64,000 nt of DNA from contig CAVWHO010000007.1 of assembly GCA_963754875.1 (NCBI GenBank), forward strand, positions 140,965-204,964, in the 5' to 3' direction. Source of the stretch: Nitrospirota bacterium (GTDB lineage: Bacteria > Nitrospirota > UBA9217). Below the pieces are notes generated by a model, which saw nothing but the letters and a program-made list of their open reading frames with translations, was not told the origin of the DNA and searched no databases. Numbering within the stretch: the stretch's first letter is position 1; the number at the start of each line of letters is the position of its first letter. The position numbers and the translations under genes are program-made. Of this stretch, positions 30,979-42,221 are shown piece by piece.

Positions 30979-33817
30979 TTATATTCTTTTCTTGCGCCGT
31001 TTGGGTGCTTCCGGCGCAGGTAGCAAGCTCGTGTACTTGTGATAAAGCTCAAACAGGAACGCCACCCGCTCGGCATCGGATGTGAAGCTCTTCTTCCCAT
31101 ATGCGGCATCCACGGCCTTATCAAGCGCCTGATGCGCTTTCCGAAGGTCCGGCGGCATGGCAACGGGATCATATAGGTCGGCGAGAGAAGCTTCAGGATG
31201 TGCGGCCCGTGCGTCAAGAACACCTTGCGCGGCCTCTTCTATAGCAGCTTTCTGCTTGTCCGTCGGATCGCTCGGCCAGGGGAAGTTGTTGTAGACAAAG
31301 CTGCCAGTGTAGCGGTAATCACTTTTTAACCGTCCACATACGCGCCTCACCCATGCCATATGCATTGTTGAGCATAACATACCGAAGATATAAAGATTCG
31401 CATCCGGAATCAAATAGTTCGTATTACTGCATATAACTTTCTTTGATACATATCCGATAGGAATGAATAAACGACGTTCAGATGACACCTCAGGAATAAC
31501 AAGGTAATCAGAATCGGGCTGCGAGATGTAGAAAAAAAGAGTCGGCGTCTTTGCCGATTCACGAGTAGGTTCCGCACTGCTTTTTTCCCTGAATTCCCGT
31601 ACACGTTCAACGCGTGCCATAACTTGAGGCAGTTCCCTCAAATCGCGCGGCGACGCGTCCTTGAGCCACAGGCAATATCGTTTTTTGCTGTTTATAAAAT
31701 CCTCAGAGCCCATATAGGGTCGTATAAAACGCGCAGCATCAGGCTCGCTTTTGATGAGCGCTTTTCTTTCTTCTTCATCAAGAATGAAATTGCCGTCATC
31801 GCTTGGCTTATTCCCATAACGCATGTGCGGAACATTGATCAGCGGCGATTGACGTTTTTGAATGATGATATCCGGCCCGGGTGTCAGGTACGGAGAAATA
31901 TTTTCAACTGCGATCTCGTGAGGCTCGCCGTTGATGTCGGCGTATTCAAAAAGACGTTTGTTCGGCACGTCGAAAAGCGCAAACCCAATGATCACGCAAT
32001 GCACCGCTGCCATACCACGGGCTTCGTTACTCCATCGGAATGTTCGATGGGCAAAATGAATCTTCACGCCATATCGCAGCAAAACTGACCACAGAATGGC
32101 GACCTGCTCACCTTGTGTAATCGAGTTTGTCGAGACAAAAGCGACTTTCACTCGTTCCTGCGGCGATTTATTCATGCCGGGTAAGTCGGCAAGCAGATCG
32201 TTGATCTTATCATCGTCACGCAAATATCTCACGGCCTTAAGATACCACGCTGAGACGTAATCAAGGTCAGATGCGCTCTTAACACCAGAGAAGAGGGATA
32301 CGATCTCGGCCTTTTGATTCTTGTTCTGATAATGCTTACCGATAAACGGCGGATTGCCAAGGATGTAGTCTACATGCTCGGCGGAGATGACTTTGTTCCA
32401 GTCCATTTGCAGGGCGTTCCCGCAGTGGATCGACGCGGAGTGAATAAGCGGCAGGCGGCGGAAGTACTGGCCGAACTCCTCGGACACCTTCATATTCATC
32501 TGATGGTCCGTGAGCCAGAGGGCGACCTGGGCGATCTGGGCCGGGAATTCTTCGATCTCGATGCCGTAGAACTGGTTCACATCAACTTGAATTTCCCTCC
32601 ACAGCGTATCAAGCTTCATCTGACTCGTTTTATGCGCGGCCCGAAGGATTTCGAGTTCAAGCAAGCGGAGCTCTCTATATGCGATGACCAGAAAATTGCC
32701 GCATCCGCATGCAGGATCGAAAAATTTAAGCCGCGAAAGCTTTTTGTGCAGTTCAAACAGCTTGTTCGTACTCCTCTTCGCCGACTCGAACTCCGCCCAG
32801 AGCTCATCGAGAAACAGGGCTTTAATAAGTTTAAGGATGTTCTCTTCGCTGGTATAGTGCGCACCGAGATTTCGTCGGCGAGCCGAGCCTTCCTCGTCCA
32901 TGACGCACTGAAAGAGCGCGCCGAAGATGGCCGGAGATATGCGGCCCCAATCAAGAGCGCAGCAATCGAGAAGCTGAGCGCGCATCGTACTATCGCACGC
33001 CGGTATGGGGAGGGCTTCTTCGAACAGCTTACCGTTCACATACGGAAACGCAGCAAAGGTTTCCTTAAGGTTTTCCTGACGGCGGTCCTCCCTGGTGTTC
33101 AGAACCTGGAAGAGCAGCGATAGCTGCGGACCGAGGTCCGAAGCCGTCTCCCTTCGTATTGTTTTCGAGGAAGTCGCGGAACGCTCCGGGCGGATCGAAA
33201 AGCGTCGTATCTTCGGCGAAGAGACAGAACAATAGCCGGACAAGCACTAATTCGAGGTTGTGGCCGGAATAGCCCGAAGCCCGCAGCTGGTCGTGCAGCT
33301 TGCCCATGCGCTCGGCTGCCTTGACGTTTACCGGGTCCTGTGCCGTGATCTGCTGGGTCGTATAACCCGCTATGAAGCCGAGGAGTTTGATGTGTTTATA
33401 GAGGTCTTTGAGCGGGAATTCATTCTGTGTCTTGGAATCGAGATCGTAAAGCCGGATGCGGGCGAAGTCTGAAACTATGATGTAGCGGGGTAGATCGCGC
33501 TCGGCGAGGCCTTCAAAATAATCCAAGGCCTGTTGATACGCTGAATCGAGGTCCTTGCCGAGAGACTTGTGCTCCGCAATGAGCATTCCCTTCCAGAGAA
33601 GATCGATGAAACCGCCCTGGCCGCCTTTTTCCTCGAATCGCTTCCGCGCGCGCTTGACTGGCTCTTCGAAACTCGCCAACCGCCTGCGGGACAAGCCGAA
33701 GACATTGAAGAACTCATTCCAAAACGTCTGGGCCTCGGCGCGCTCGGCCTTTGCGTCCTCCCATTCACGGGAGAATCCCAAGGCGCGGTCTTTGATTTCG
33801 TTTAGGGAAAGGGGCAT
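30979..33817 (-). CDS. MmeI-like type IIL restriction-modification enzyme (nuclease + m6A MTase + TRD); +1 frameshift near 33141
   Basis: N-terminal 'EAQTFWNEFF', 'IDLLWKG...EHKS'; 'GAHYTS', 'DPACGCGNF', 'GNPPF', 'PEVSSERR', 'GRLKSDYRY'. Confidence 0.9.
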
Positions 33818-33929
33818 CGTGAATTGAGAATATTACAGATTTTCTCAAAATGCAACGGCAAATCCACATGGTGACATTGAAAGGCTTGGTCTGTCGACGG
33901 CGAGAGGAGCGAGCGGCAAGTACTTGTTG

Positions 33930-34940
33930 CTACCTGTTCAAATAATCCTTCTGCACTTCCGGAATAAGCTGCTGGTAATCCTCGTAGGGGATCTTCGAAT
34001 GCCACTTGTCCGTTGCCATGCCGATCCCGATCACCAGATAGAACAATGCGATTAAAAGTATCGGGAAGAGCCAGGCTTTTACGACACTGACCTTTTTCCG
34101 GGCGCTGAACGTGAGGTCGAGCGCTCCGGGAGACGGGCAGCGGGAGACACAGGTCAGGCAGCCGAAACATTCCTCGGATTTCACAACGGCCCTGTTCTCC
34201 ACGTCGATCATCGTCGGACAATGCGTGGTGCAGGCATGGCAATGAGTGCACCTCTCCTCGTTTCTGCGAACCTTGAAGGGGCTCAGCCGGGAGAGGAGCC
34301 CGAGGAGCGCGCCGTAAGGGCACAGGTACCGGCACCAGAAGTTCTTATACAGAAAGGACAGTGCAACAAGCGCAATGAGGACCCACATCGTGATTGTGGT
34401 CATTTCCGTGAAGAACTTCATCATCCGCACGTCCACGACCTTGTAGTAGTCGGCAATGAAGAAAAGCGCCATCATGTTCGGCGGCATGGCAATGCCGATC
34501 AGGAAGAGGAAAAGGCCGAGGAGGACGTACTTGAGCGAACGGAGCGAGATGTCCGTGAACGGGCCGATGCGGAAGTTCCTCCCGAACGCCTTCTCCCCCG
34601 CCATCCAGACAAACTGCGACAGCGTGCCGATAGGGCAGATCCAGCCGCAGAAGCCCTTTTTCATGACCAGCGACGCGCCGAGGATAGCGAGAAACAGTAT
34701 GAAGCCGGCAGGATGTACGGGCTCGACGATCCCGGTCAAGAGAAAGTACTTGAATGCCATGAGCCCGCCGATGGGCAGAAACGCATCGACTGACGCAGGT
34801 CTCTGCACATAGGGGTGGCCGGGGGCCTCGAAGTGCTGTACGAACTGATAGAACTGGTGTCCGATAACGAACGTCAGAAGAAGAAAGCCGACTTGGACTG
34901 CGTACCGGAGCGGCCGCAGGTATGTTTGAGGTAATCTCAT
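33930..34940 (-). CDS. Membrane 4Fe-4S ferredoxin-type protein (YccM/NapH-like)
   Basis: 'FCGWICPIG', 'WCRYLCPYG', two CxxCxxCxxxCP motifs, TM helices. Confidence 0.88.
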   Translation of the reverse strand: MRLPQTYLRPLRYAVQVGFLLLTFVIGHQFYQFVQHFEAPGHPYVQRPASVDAFLPIGGLMAFKYFLLTGIVEPVHPAGFILFLAILGASLVMKKGFCGWICPIGTLSQFVWMAGEKAFGRNFRIGPFTDISLRSLKYVLLGLFLFLIGIAMPPNMMALFFIADYYKVVDVRMMKFFTEMTTITMWVLIALVALSFLYKNFWCRYLCPYGALLGLLSRLSPFKVRRNEERCTHCHACTTHCPTMIDVENRAVVKSEECFGCLTCVSRCPSPGALDLTFSARKKVSVVKAWLFPILLIALFYLVIGIGMATDKWHSKIPYEDYQQLIPEVQKDYLNR

Positions 34941-34973
34941 GGACTTGATACTACATTGCCCGGCCGCAAAAGG

Positions 34974-34991
34974 CTATGATGTTTATCATAG
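34974..34991. promoter_or_regulatory. CRP/FNR-family-like operator
   Basis: Perfect palindrome CTATGAT-N4-ATCATAG; -10-like TAGTAT on the minus strand at 34948-34953. Confidence 0.6.
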
Positions 34992-35123
34992 GAGCGAGAA
35001 ATTGCAGTGTTAACTTCGCATAAAGGAGGATGTCTACTGACAAGAGGAGCACGAGAAACCGACCGTTTTCTTTTGCCTCACCATCTCACCGTGTCCATCG
35101 GTGATGACCCTGTCCTGAATTCC

Positions 35124-35483
35124 TTATTTTTTGATCTTCTTGATTATCTTTTCCATGCCCAGCCGAGTAGCGGAAAAACCATGAGCCGTCGGATCTTCTT
35201 CCTGCTTAACAGCATTGAAGAAATCGCAGCGCCAGCAGTTCGCCAGCTTCTGCGCGTAGCTCCCCTGTATCTTTCCGCCGCAAAGCGAACCCGCGATCAC
35301 CCAGCATGCCCTCCCCGCGTTCTGTCCGCCGTGGGCTCCGTGCAGGTCCTGATGGACCGTTACGGGACAGACACCCAGCTCACCGGCCTTCGGGCCACCG
35401 GGGTAGCGTCCGCAGTTTTTGTGTTCCCAGCAATTCTTCCTTTGCAATCCGCTGTTTTTGCTTTCGACATCTTCGAGTTTCAT
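35124..35483 (-). CDS. Two-CW domain Cys-rich protein
   Basis: 'NCWE.K.CGR', 'CP', 'GRACW..AG.LCGG', 'CxxC.F'. Confidence 0.8.
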   Translation of the reverse strand: MKLEDVESKNSGLQRKNCWEHKNCGRYPGGPKAGELGVCPVTVHQDLHGAHGGQNAGRACWVIAGSLCGGKIQGSYAQKLANCWRCDFFNAVKQEEDPTAHGFSATRLGMEKIIKKIKK

Positions 35484-35713
35484 GTAACCCTCACCTCACC
35501 CATGTAAATAATTCTATCGGCCCACTATCCCCGTGGTCAACCGATCGAGGGCACACTATACGGAGTCGAATACCTGTAAGTCAATTTTATTTTGCTTTTC
35601 CTGTAATTAATTTTTTTTATATCTGCATTGTGAAAAAAAATCGGGAACAAGTAAACATGTGCTCCAAGAAATGACCTTTACATTCTCCGGAAGAGTGTGC
35701 TATTTTTAAAGCT

Positions 35714-37094
35714 ATGATCCATGATCTCCATGATTTCTTTTATCCCAAGAACGTCGCCCTGATCGGCGCTACGAACAACCCCCTGAAACCGGGCACGGCA
35801 ATCCTGGAGAACCTGTCCCATTTCAATGGCGCTGTGTTTCCGGTGAATCCCAAACACGAAACACTGCTGGGCCACCGGTGCTATCCGTCGATCACCGCGG
35901 TGCCCGACGCGATCGATATGGCCATCATCGCCCTGCCTGCGCAGCTCGTCGAAGAGGAGATCGACGCGGTCCATGAAAAAGGCATACGCAGGATCATCCT
36001 GATCAGCTCCGGGTTTGCCGAAGCAGGCGATGCGGGAATCCGGATGCAGCAACGGATCGCGGCAAAGACCAAGGAGTACGGCATCCGCGTGATCGGTCCG
36101 AATGCCCTCGGTGTGTACAATACGGACAATGGACTCGACAGTTTCTTCGTGTCCCGCGAACGCGTGTCGCGGCCCGCGCCGGGACGGCTCTCGATCATCT
36201 CCCAGAGCGGCGCCATCACCGTCATCCTCATGGAGGCGCTCGCCCGCGACGGTATAGGCATAGCCAAGGCCGTGAACTACGGCAACCGGCTGGACGTGGA
36301 CGATGCCGATGCCCTGGATTACTTTGCCGACGACGCGCAAACGGCAGCGGTTGCCATGTACATGGAGTCTGTGGCTGACGGCAGGAAGTTCCTGTCCGCG
36401 GCAAAAGCATTCGCCGCAAAAAAACCGCTCGTCATCTGGAAAGCGGGCAAATATGAACTGGGTGCGGCAGCCGTGGCATCACACACGGCAACTCTCGCAG
36501 GCAAATACGGGCTGTACGAGGCGGCCTTCCGGCAGGCCGGTGCGGTGGAGGCCTACGGATTCGACCACATGATCGACGCGGCAAAGGCCGTTGCGCTCAT
36601 GGACTATCCCTGCGTAGGGAACCGTCTGCTGGTCGTTACGAACGGCGGCGGCATGGCCGTAGCTGCGTCCGACCAGGCACAGCATGGAAGGATTCACCAT
36701 GCCCCGCGTGCCAGACGAGGTCAGGACAAAACTCGACGGCGTCTTCCCTCCGTTCTTCGGAAAAAACAACCCTATCGACCTCACGGGCAGCGGCAAAAAC
36801 GAGGACTACTATACGGCGCTCAACGAAGCGTTGCCTCACTATGACGCCGCCATTGTGATCGTGCTCATGGGAGCGACGACGGTCACGGAAGAAGCCACGA
36901 ACATGATCGCACGCGCGTGCCATGAAGCGAAAAAACCGGTCACCTGCTGCATTCTCCAGGGCCTCGGCTATACTCAGGAGGCCATGCATGAGCTGCTGAA
37001 GCTCGGCATTCCCGTGTACCCCTCGCCGGAACGTGCAGTGAGGGCGCTGGCCGCGCTCAGAAACGCCACAAAGAAAAGAGAAGGATGCAGGTAG
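35714..37094 (+). CDS. ADP-forming acyl-CoA synthetase, alpha (CoA-binding) subunit; +1 frameshift near 36686
   Basis: 'P..VALIGA', 'PVNP', 'SGFAE', 'GPN', 'SQSG', 'SHT', 'NPIDL' (last motif in ORF 36684..37094). Confidence 0.88.
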
Positions 37095-37360
37095 CGGCCA
37101 GTTGACGCGTGGACAAAGAGCTGAAAACCCGACAGGGGAAAGGGGGAAGTGAGAGGCGAAAGGGAGAATAGGGCTTAAGATCGTGTCTGATAAAAAATTC
37201 TTCCCCAGCTCTCATTCCTGAAGGACAGGGCTCTACAAAAGTACTGGCATTTTCGCTTCGGAGGAATGAAGATTCGTCACATTTGCAAGGGGATTCGTTC
37301 GCTGTTATCCCCCTTTCTCCCAACGTCCCCATTTCTCCGGAAAGGTTTTATTTCTCGACC

Positions 37361-38062
37361 ATGACGGCATCACAGGACATCATTCAGACAGCATTGAAAG
37401 AAGGCCGCAAGACGCTCTTCGAACACGAGGCAAAGGACCTTGTGCGCTCCGTCGGTATCATCGTGCCACGGTACGTGCTCGTCGATCCCGTTGACTCGAA
37501 GGCCGTCGTTGAGGCGGGCGAGAAACTCGGCTTTCCTGTCGTGCTCAAGGCCGTCTCTCCCCAGATCTCGCATAAAACCGACGCGGGCGCCGTGATGCTG
37601 AACATTACCACCGGCGCCGGGCTCTCGGCATCGATACGGACGATGAAAAATATGATCGCTTCGCGGGCGCCGGGCGCCGTGATCCGGTCGTTCCTGATCG
37701 AGAAGATGATGCCGCAGGGACTCGAGCTTCTGATCGGCGGCATGCGCGATGAGCAGTTCGGTCCTGCCGTCGCCTTCGGGCTCGGCGGTGTCTGGGTCGA
37801 GGCGCTCAAGGACGCTGTCTTCGGCATTCTGCCACTCAGTCACGAGGAAATGGTCGAGATGATTTCCCGGACCCGGGCAGGTATGTTCCTCCGAAGTTTC
37901 CGCGGCAGCTCTGAGCTCGATGAAGAGGCAGTGCACCTGATCATCACTAACCTGTCGAGGCTGTTAACCGACCACCCGCAGATCAGGGAAATCGATCTTA
38001 ATCCCGTGCGCATCTACGCACGAGGCGCGGCTGCCCTCGATGTTCGGGTGGTGCTTGGGTAG
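37361..38062 (+). CDS. ADP-forming acyl-CoA synthetase, beta (ATP-grasp) subunit
   Basis: 'EHEAK', 'GFPVVLK', 'HKTDAGAV', 'FGP...FGLGG..VE', 'EIDLNP'. Confidence 0.9.
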   Translation: MTASQDIIQTALKEGRKTLFEHEAKDLVRSVGIIVPRYVLVDPVDSKAVVEAGEKLGFPVVLKAVSPQISHKTDAGAVMLNITTGAGLSASIRTMKNMIASRAPGAVIRSFLIEKMMPQGLELLIGGMRDEQFGPAVAFGLGGVWVEALKDAVFGILPLSHEEMVEMISRTRAGMFLRSFRGSSELDEEAVHLIITNLSRLLTDHPQIREIDLNPVRIYARGAAALDVRVVLG

Positions 38063-38165
38063 ATTTTTTGAACAGGAGAAATGCATAACGAGCGTCAAAC
38101 ACCGAACTCCAAAAAGAGAAATACTCTCCGCAGTTTTCACATAAAAAATCACGAGCCGCATCTTT

Positions 38166-39035
38166 ATGGACACTGACAAACTCATTGACGAACTCACCTA
38201 TCTCCGGACCGAAGTCAAACGCCTCCGCAGGGCTTTGGACCGGCAGACAACCGACCTCGACACCCTGCTGAAGCAGCGCGGTTTCAGGATCTATAAGAAG
38301 GAACCTGCCGCAGACCTACTCATCCCCGCAAGGAAGCATCTGAGCAGCTATTATCGAATGCTCCATAAATATTCCTTTCGGCTCTTCCTCCGCGATGTAA
38401 TCAAGCACCAGGACCGGTTCGGGCTCGAAGATGTAGCCCGGTATGCCACGCCGTCCGTGACAAATGAATACATCGACTATCTCGTCACCATAAAGCTCAT
38501 CAAAAAGAAAACAAAGGGGTACGCGCTTGCAAAAGGAGCGATCACGAGCTTCGGCCCGACCCTGGAGTGGTACATCACTGAGATGTTCAAACGCGAGTTC
38601 GGTTCCGAAGCTGTCTGGGGCGTCAAGTTCAAACGGCCCAACGTTGGCGGGGACTACGATGTGATAGCAAAATTCGACGGTTCCCTTATCTCAATAGAGG
38701 TTAAATCGTCCCCGCCAAAACAGATCTATGAGAGCGAAATCACGGCGTTCCTCGACCGGGTGGAGGACCTGGCGCCCGCAGTCGCCGTTTTTCTCATGGA
38801 TACGGAGCTCAGAATGAAAGACAAACTCGTGCCCATGTTCGAGAAAGAGCTTCACCGACGCTACGACAAGCCGCCGAAGGTACTGCGCATGGAGCGTGAG
38901 CTGTTCCAGTTCAACGACCGCATTTTCATCGTGAACGCGAAGGAGAGCATCATCCAGAATATGGAGAAAGTGATGAGTTGGCATTTTCAACGATCAGCCG
39001 GGCTGCGCGACTCTGACGTTTTCCTTAGGCAATGA
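38166..39035 (+). CDS. Hypothetical protein with C-terminal PD-(D/E)xK-like nuclease fold
   Basis: 'FGPTLEWY', 'GGDYDVIA...IEVKS'. Confidence 0.6.
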   Translation: MDTDKLIDELTYLRTEVKRLRRALDRQTTDLDTLLKQRGFRIYKKEPAADLLIPARKHLSSYYRMLHKYSFRLFLRDVIKHQDRFGLEDVARYATPSVTNEYIDYLVTIKLIKKKTKGYALAKGAITSFGPTLEWYITEMFKREFGSEAVWGVKFKRPNVGGDYDVIAKFDGSLISIEVKSSPPKQIYESEITAFLDRVEDLAPAVAVFLMDTELRMKDKLVPMFEKELHRRYDKPPKVLRMERELFQFNDRIFIVNAKESIIQNMEKVMSWHFQRSAGLRDSDVFLRQ

Positions 39036-39862
39036 GCGAAGACACCGTCAAAAAATATATCAATGGACTGCACGACCTTTCCACGCTCCCCGTGCTGCTC
39101 GGGAAGATCGTTGCTACCTGTAATGACCCGAAGGCGACACCGGTGGACGTGTACAACCTCATCACGTTCGATCCTGCCCTCGCCGAGCGCGTCATGCGTA
39201 TCGCAAATTCGGTTTTTTACGGCCGCTCGGGCCAGGTCAAGAATATCTACCAGGCGATCATGTTTCTCGGTTTCGACCGGATCAAGTCGCTGGCCCTCGG
39301 CATGTCCGTATTAAGCGCTTTCCCCACGAGCGGCTCTTCTGTTGCGGCGAATCTCTGGGTGCACAGTTACGAGGTCGCCTATCTTTCCTCAGTCCTTTCG
39401 AAATTCATCCCCCTGACGGTCCCGGGAGAATGTTTTCTTGCCGGGCTCCTCCACGACATCGGCAGGATCGTGTTCCTGGGCATGGACCAAGCGCGGTTCA
39501 TGCACATCGAGACGACGGACACCATGTTCGATCAGGAAATTGCTGCTTTCGGCTGCACGCACACCGTGGCCGGCGCATTGCTCGTAGAATCGCTCGGCAT
39601 GCCCAAAGAACTGATCGCACCTATCAAATATCACCACCGTCCGTCTTTTGCGGTGTCCTCGCACAATCTGGTAGCAACGATCGCTCTCGCTGAGGCGCTG
39701 ACCTGGACCTTCAAAGCGCGCCCTGAGGACGATGGGATCTGGACAGAAGAACACGATGCTCTTCTCGAGGAGTTTTCCCTCTCGGACAAGGAAATCAACT
39801 CAGCCGGCGCTCATCTGGACGCGGCCAGGCCGGAGATCGAAAGTATTTTTACCTCCCCTTGA
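39032..39862 (+). CDS. HDOD domain protein
   Basis: 'LSTLP', 'DPALA..V.RIANS..Y', 'W.HS', 'AGLLHDIG', 'YHH.P'. Confidence 0.9.
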   Translation: MSEDTVKKYINGLHDLSTLPVLLGKIVATCNDPKATPVDVYNLITFDPALAERVMRIANSVFYGRSGQVKNIYQAIMFLGFDRIKSLALGMSVLSAFPTSGSSVAANLWVHSYEVAYLSSVLSKFIPLTVPGECFLAGLLHDIGRIVFLGMDQARFMHIETTDTMFDQEIAAFGCTHTVAGALLVESLGMPKELIAPIKYHHRPSFAVSSHNLVATIALAEALTWTFKARPEDDGIWTEEHDALLEEFSLSDKEINSAGAHLDAARPEIESIFTSP

Positions 39863-40087
39863 TCGATCTTGCATCCGAGACCGCGACCGGCTATGATTAA
39901 GGACAGCTTTCCCGTTCTCGTGATGGGAAATGAGCTGCGGGTTGCTGAAGAGCGGCAATGTTTTTTCGGGTCACAGAATGAGCGGACTGGAGCAGGCGTC
40001 GTGGTGTAAACCACGCGGAGGATATCTCGCCAGGTGCAGTAACTTTCGACCACCAAATACGAACTCGCGATCACGAAGGAGGCGAAA

Positions 40088-40405
40088 ATGGCCAAGGAAC
40101 AGTATTTCGCAGACGTGCTTGAAGAGCTCTACGACACCAAAAAGAACGGCGCACTTTTCATAAATGTTGTGGAATCCAGCGAGGACCTGATAAGGATATA
40201 CTTCAGGGAGGGGGAAATTTACTATATTACTTACGGATCTGCTATTGGCCAGGATGCCCTGGATATTATCGAATATTATACTTTACGAAACGCCACCTTT
40301 TTTGAGGGATTAACCGCTCCCGAGGGCATCGTACGCTCAAAGTTTCCAACGAAAAAATTCATCGCCCTGATGAAGAATACTTATAAAAAGGTCCGTGTCG
40401 CGTGA
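40088..40405 (+). CDS. Small hypothetical protein (DUF4388/PATAN-like)
   Basis: SD AAGGAGG; 'KKNGAL', 'IYFREGEI....G...G..AL'. Confidence 0.6.
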   Translation: MAKEQYFADVLEELYDTKKNGALFINVVESSEDLIRIYFREGEIYYITYGSAIGQDALDIIEYYTLRNATFFEGLTAPEGIVRSKFPTKKFIALMKNTYKKVRVA

Positions 40406-40536
40406 CGTTTATTGCAATGGAGCGGCCCGGAAAAGCTCAACAACATCGTCATCGCCGGTTGAGCAAGGTTTCCTGTCAAAGAGCCGGGACCGCGGTTAAA
40501 ATTTCGTGCGCGATTTTCCCTAACTATCAAGCAAAC

Positions 40537-41445
40537 TCAATAACTGTACCTCAAGGCAACTGAAAAGACATTGTCCGTGTTGTTCGTACCTGTCGCAGTC
40601 ACTTTACTGACCTGAAGATCGTACTCACCGGCAATGGCCCACGACTTGAGAAGCGTGTGCTCGGCGCCGAAAAAGACGGAGTTGGTTTGTATTTCAGCGC
40701 CGGACGGTTCATCGTATCTTTCCACAAGGTAGCTGTAACCGATCGAGGCAGTTGTCTTCCGGGAAAGGGAGTAACCCGCGCTCACGCCGATCCTTGTTCC
40801 GGCATAGCTGAAGGAGGCGGTATCGGCATTGTTCTTTTCGTACTCGCCGAACTCCCGGATCCAGAGCGGAGGAGTGAGCTTCTCTTTCAGACTTACATTC
40901 CCGCCATAGGACGTGCTGTCACGCTGGCTGTCGCCGAACCGTTTGACTTTGCCAAGGACGGCAAATCGGGCGGAAACGACATTACCCAGGCCCATGTTGA
41001 TGCCCGTGCTTACCCCGCCGATCGTCGCATCGAGGTCCGTGTAGGTGTTGTAGGACGTGTGATCGGCAAAACCTTTCGCAAAGACTTCTGCGTTTTTACC
41101 GATGTCCTGATAGCCTCCTGCTTCAGCAGACAACGTTGCCGAAAAATCGCCCGGCGACTGGGTGCTTGACCCGGCACCCGTATATCTGCTGTTTCCACCT
41201 CCCATACCCCCCATGCTGCCTTGCCGCATAACCATTCCACCAGACGTTCCGCCTCCGGAGACGCCCTGTCCGCGCTGCTGGTCCGACAGGAGGCCGACCA
41301 CGTTGTCTTCGTACGTAAGCCTGAATTCGGCGTTGAGGATGATGCCGGCGAATGCCTGGGCCGGGATAAGAGAGAAGATACAGGCCGAGAGCATGAGAGC
41401 AAGATATGCACGGCAGGGCATGGAGAATCGGGTTTGCATATTCAT
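40537..41445 (-). CDS. Outer-membrane beta-barrel protein with Gly/Met-rich N-terminal insertion
   Basis: Signal peptide, alternating beta-strand pattern, C-terminal 'VALRYSY'. Confidence 0.7.
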   Translation of the reverse strand: MNMQTRFSMPCRAYLALMLSACIFSLIPAQAFAGIILNAEFRLTYEDNVVGLLSDQQRGQGVSGGGTSGGMVMRQGSMGGMGGGNSRYTGAGSSTQSPGDFSATLSAEAGGYQDIGKNAEVFAKGFADHTSYNTYTDLDATIGGVSTGINMGLGNVVSARFAVLGKVKRFGDSQRDSTSYGGNVSLKEKLTPPLWIREFGEYEKNNADTASFSYAGTRIGVSAGYSLSRKTTASIGYSYLVERYDEPSGAEIQTNSVFFGAEHTLLKSWAIAGEYDLQVSKVTATGTNNTDNVFSVALRYSY

Positions 41446-41463
41446 TGAGGCAGCTCCTTTTCT

Positions 41464-41557
41464 GTAAAAAAATGAACAACACGGGCGAAGGACTATGCCT
41501 CACCTCCCCCACCACATCTCACGGGGACAACTGAGGATAGCCCTTCACCCTCTGTTC
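41464..41557 (-). terminator. Long intercistronic hairpin followed by U-tract
   Basis: Minus strand GGGTGAAGGGCTATCCTCA...TGAGGCATAGTCCTTCGCCC...TTTTTTT. Confidence 0.55.
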
Positions 41558-41577
41558 TTAATTTAGAAGCTATACGA

Positions 41578-42126
41578 TTAGTGGCCTTTGCCGTGGGACA
41601 TGCCGGAGCCGCCGATGTTGTCGTGGTCCATCCCCTCGTGGCCCATATCACCATGCTGTTCCTGATGACGCTCCATGGTGTGCTCTTTCCCGCTTTTCAT
41701 CTCCCGGTTCATTTCCCTGTTCATGGTCCTCATCTGGGAAACCGTAGGCCCGAGCTTGGTGCCGAGCTTCTTGGCCACCTCGCCCCATCCCATCCTGGGC
41801 GGGCCTTGGCGCATTGTCATGACCTGCTGGATGTTTGCGTCCGTTACTCCGCCGGGCATCTTCTGGGCAAGCGAGCAGACGATGGAAATCTCACCGTATC
41901 CGAGCTTCTTGTCCCTGAGCCCCTGGATCTGTGTGTCAGTTACGTTGAACTCTTTTTCGAGTCGTCCGGCCACGACCTTCTCGCCCTGGCCGGTCTTTGC
42001 CGTCGTGCTGATTTCTCCTGCTTGCTTGTTGAGATCTTTTTCTTCCTTGGTCTCTGCTGCCCATGCCGTGCCCATCATCGTAAGCGTCAGCACGAGTACT
42101 CCGATCAATCCATACTTCCGTTTCAT
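41578..42126 (-). CDS. Periplasmic helical protein with His/Met-rich tail
   Basis: Signal peptide; 'LGYGEI', 'MGWGEVAKKLG'; tail 'HGDMGHEGMDH...MSHGKGH'. Confidence 0.7.
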   Translation of the reverse strand: MKRKYGLIGVLVLTLTMMGTAWAAETKEEKDLNKQAGEISTTAKTGQGEKVVAGRLEKEFNVTDTQIQGLRDKKLGYGEISIVCSLAQKMPGGVTDANIQQVMTMRQGPPRMGWGEVAKKLGTKLGPTVSQMRTMNREMNREMKSGKEHTMERHQEQHGDMGHEGMDHDNIGGSGMSHGKGH

Positions 42127-42221
42127 AAGAATCGCCTCCCTTTGGTATTGTTCACCATCTTCATCAGTGGTTTCTGAGCCGAGTTTCCCAGTCTCTTTCC
42201 CGCATCAGCTCATCCGTCTTA

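Noticed and set aside
28700..33850. Islet as a prophage or integrative element
   Set aside because: No integrase, transposase, tRNA target or flanking direct repeats visible
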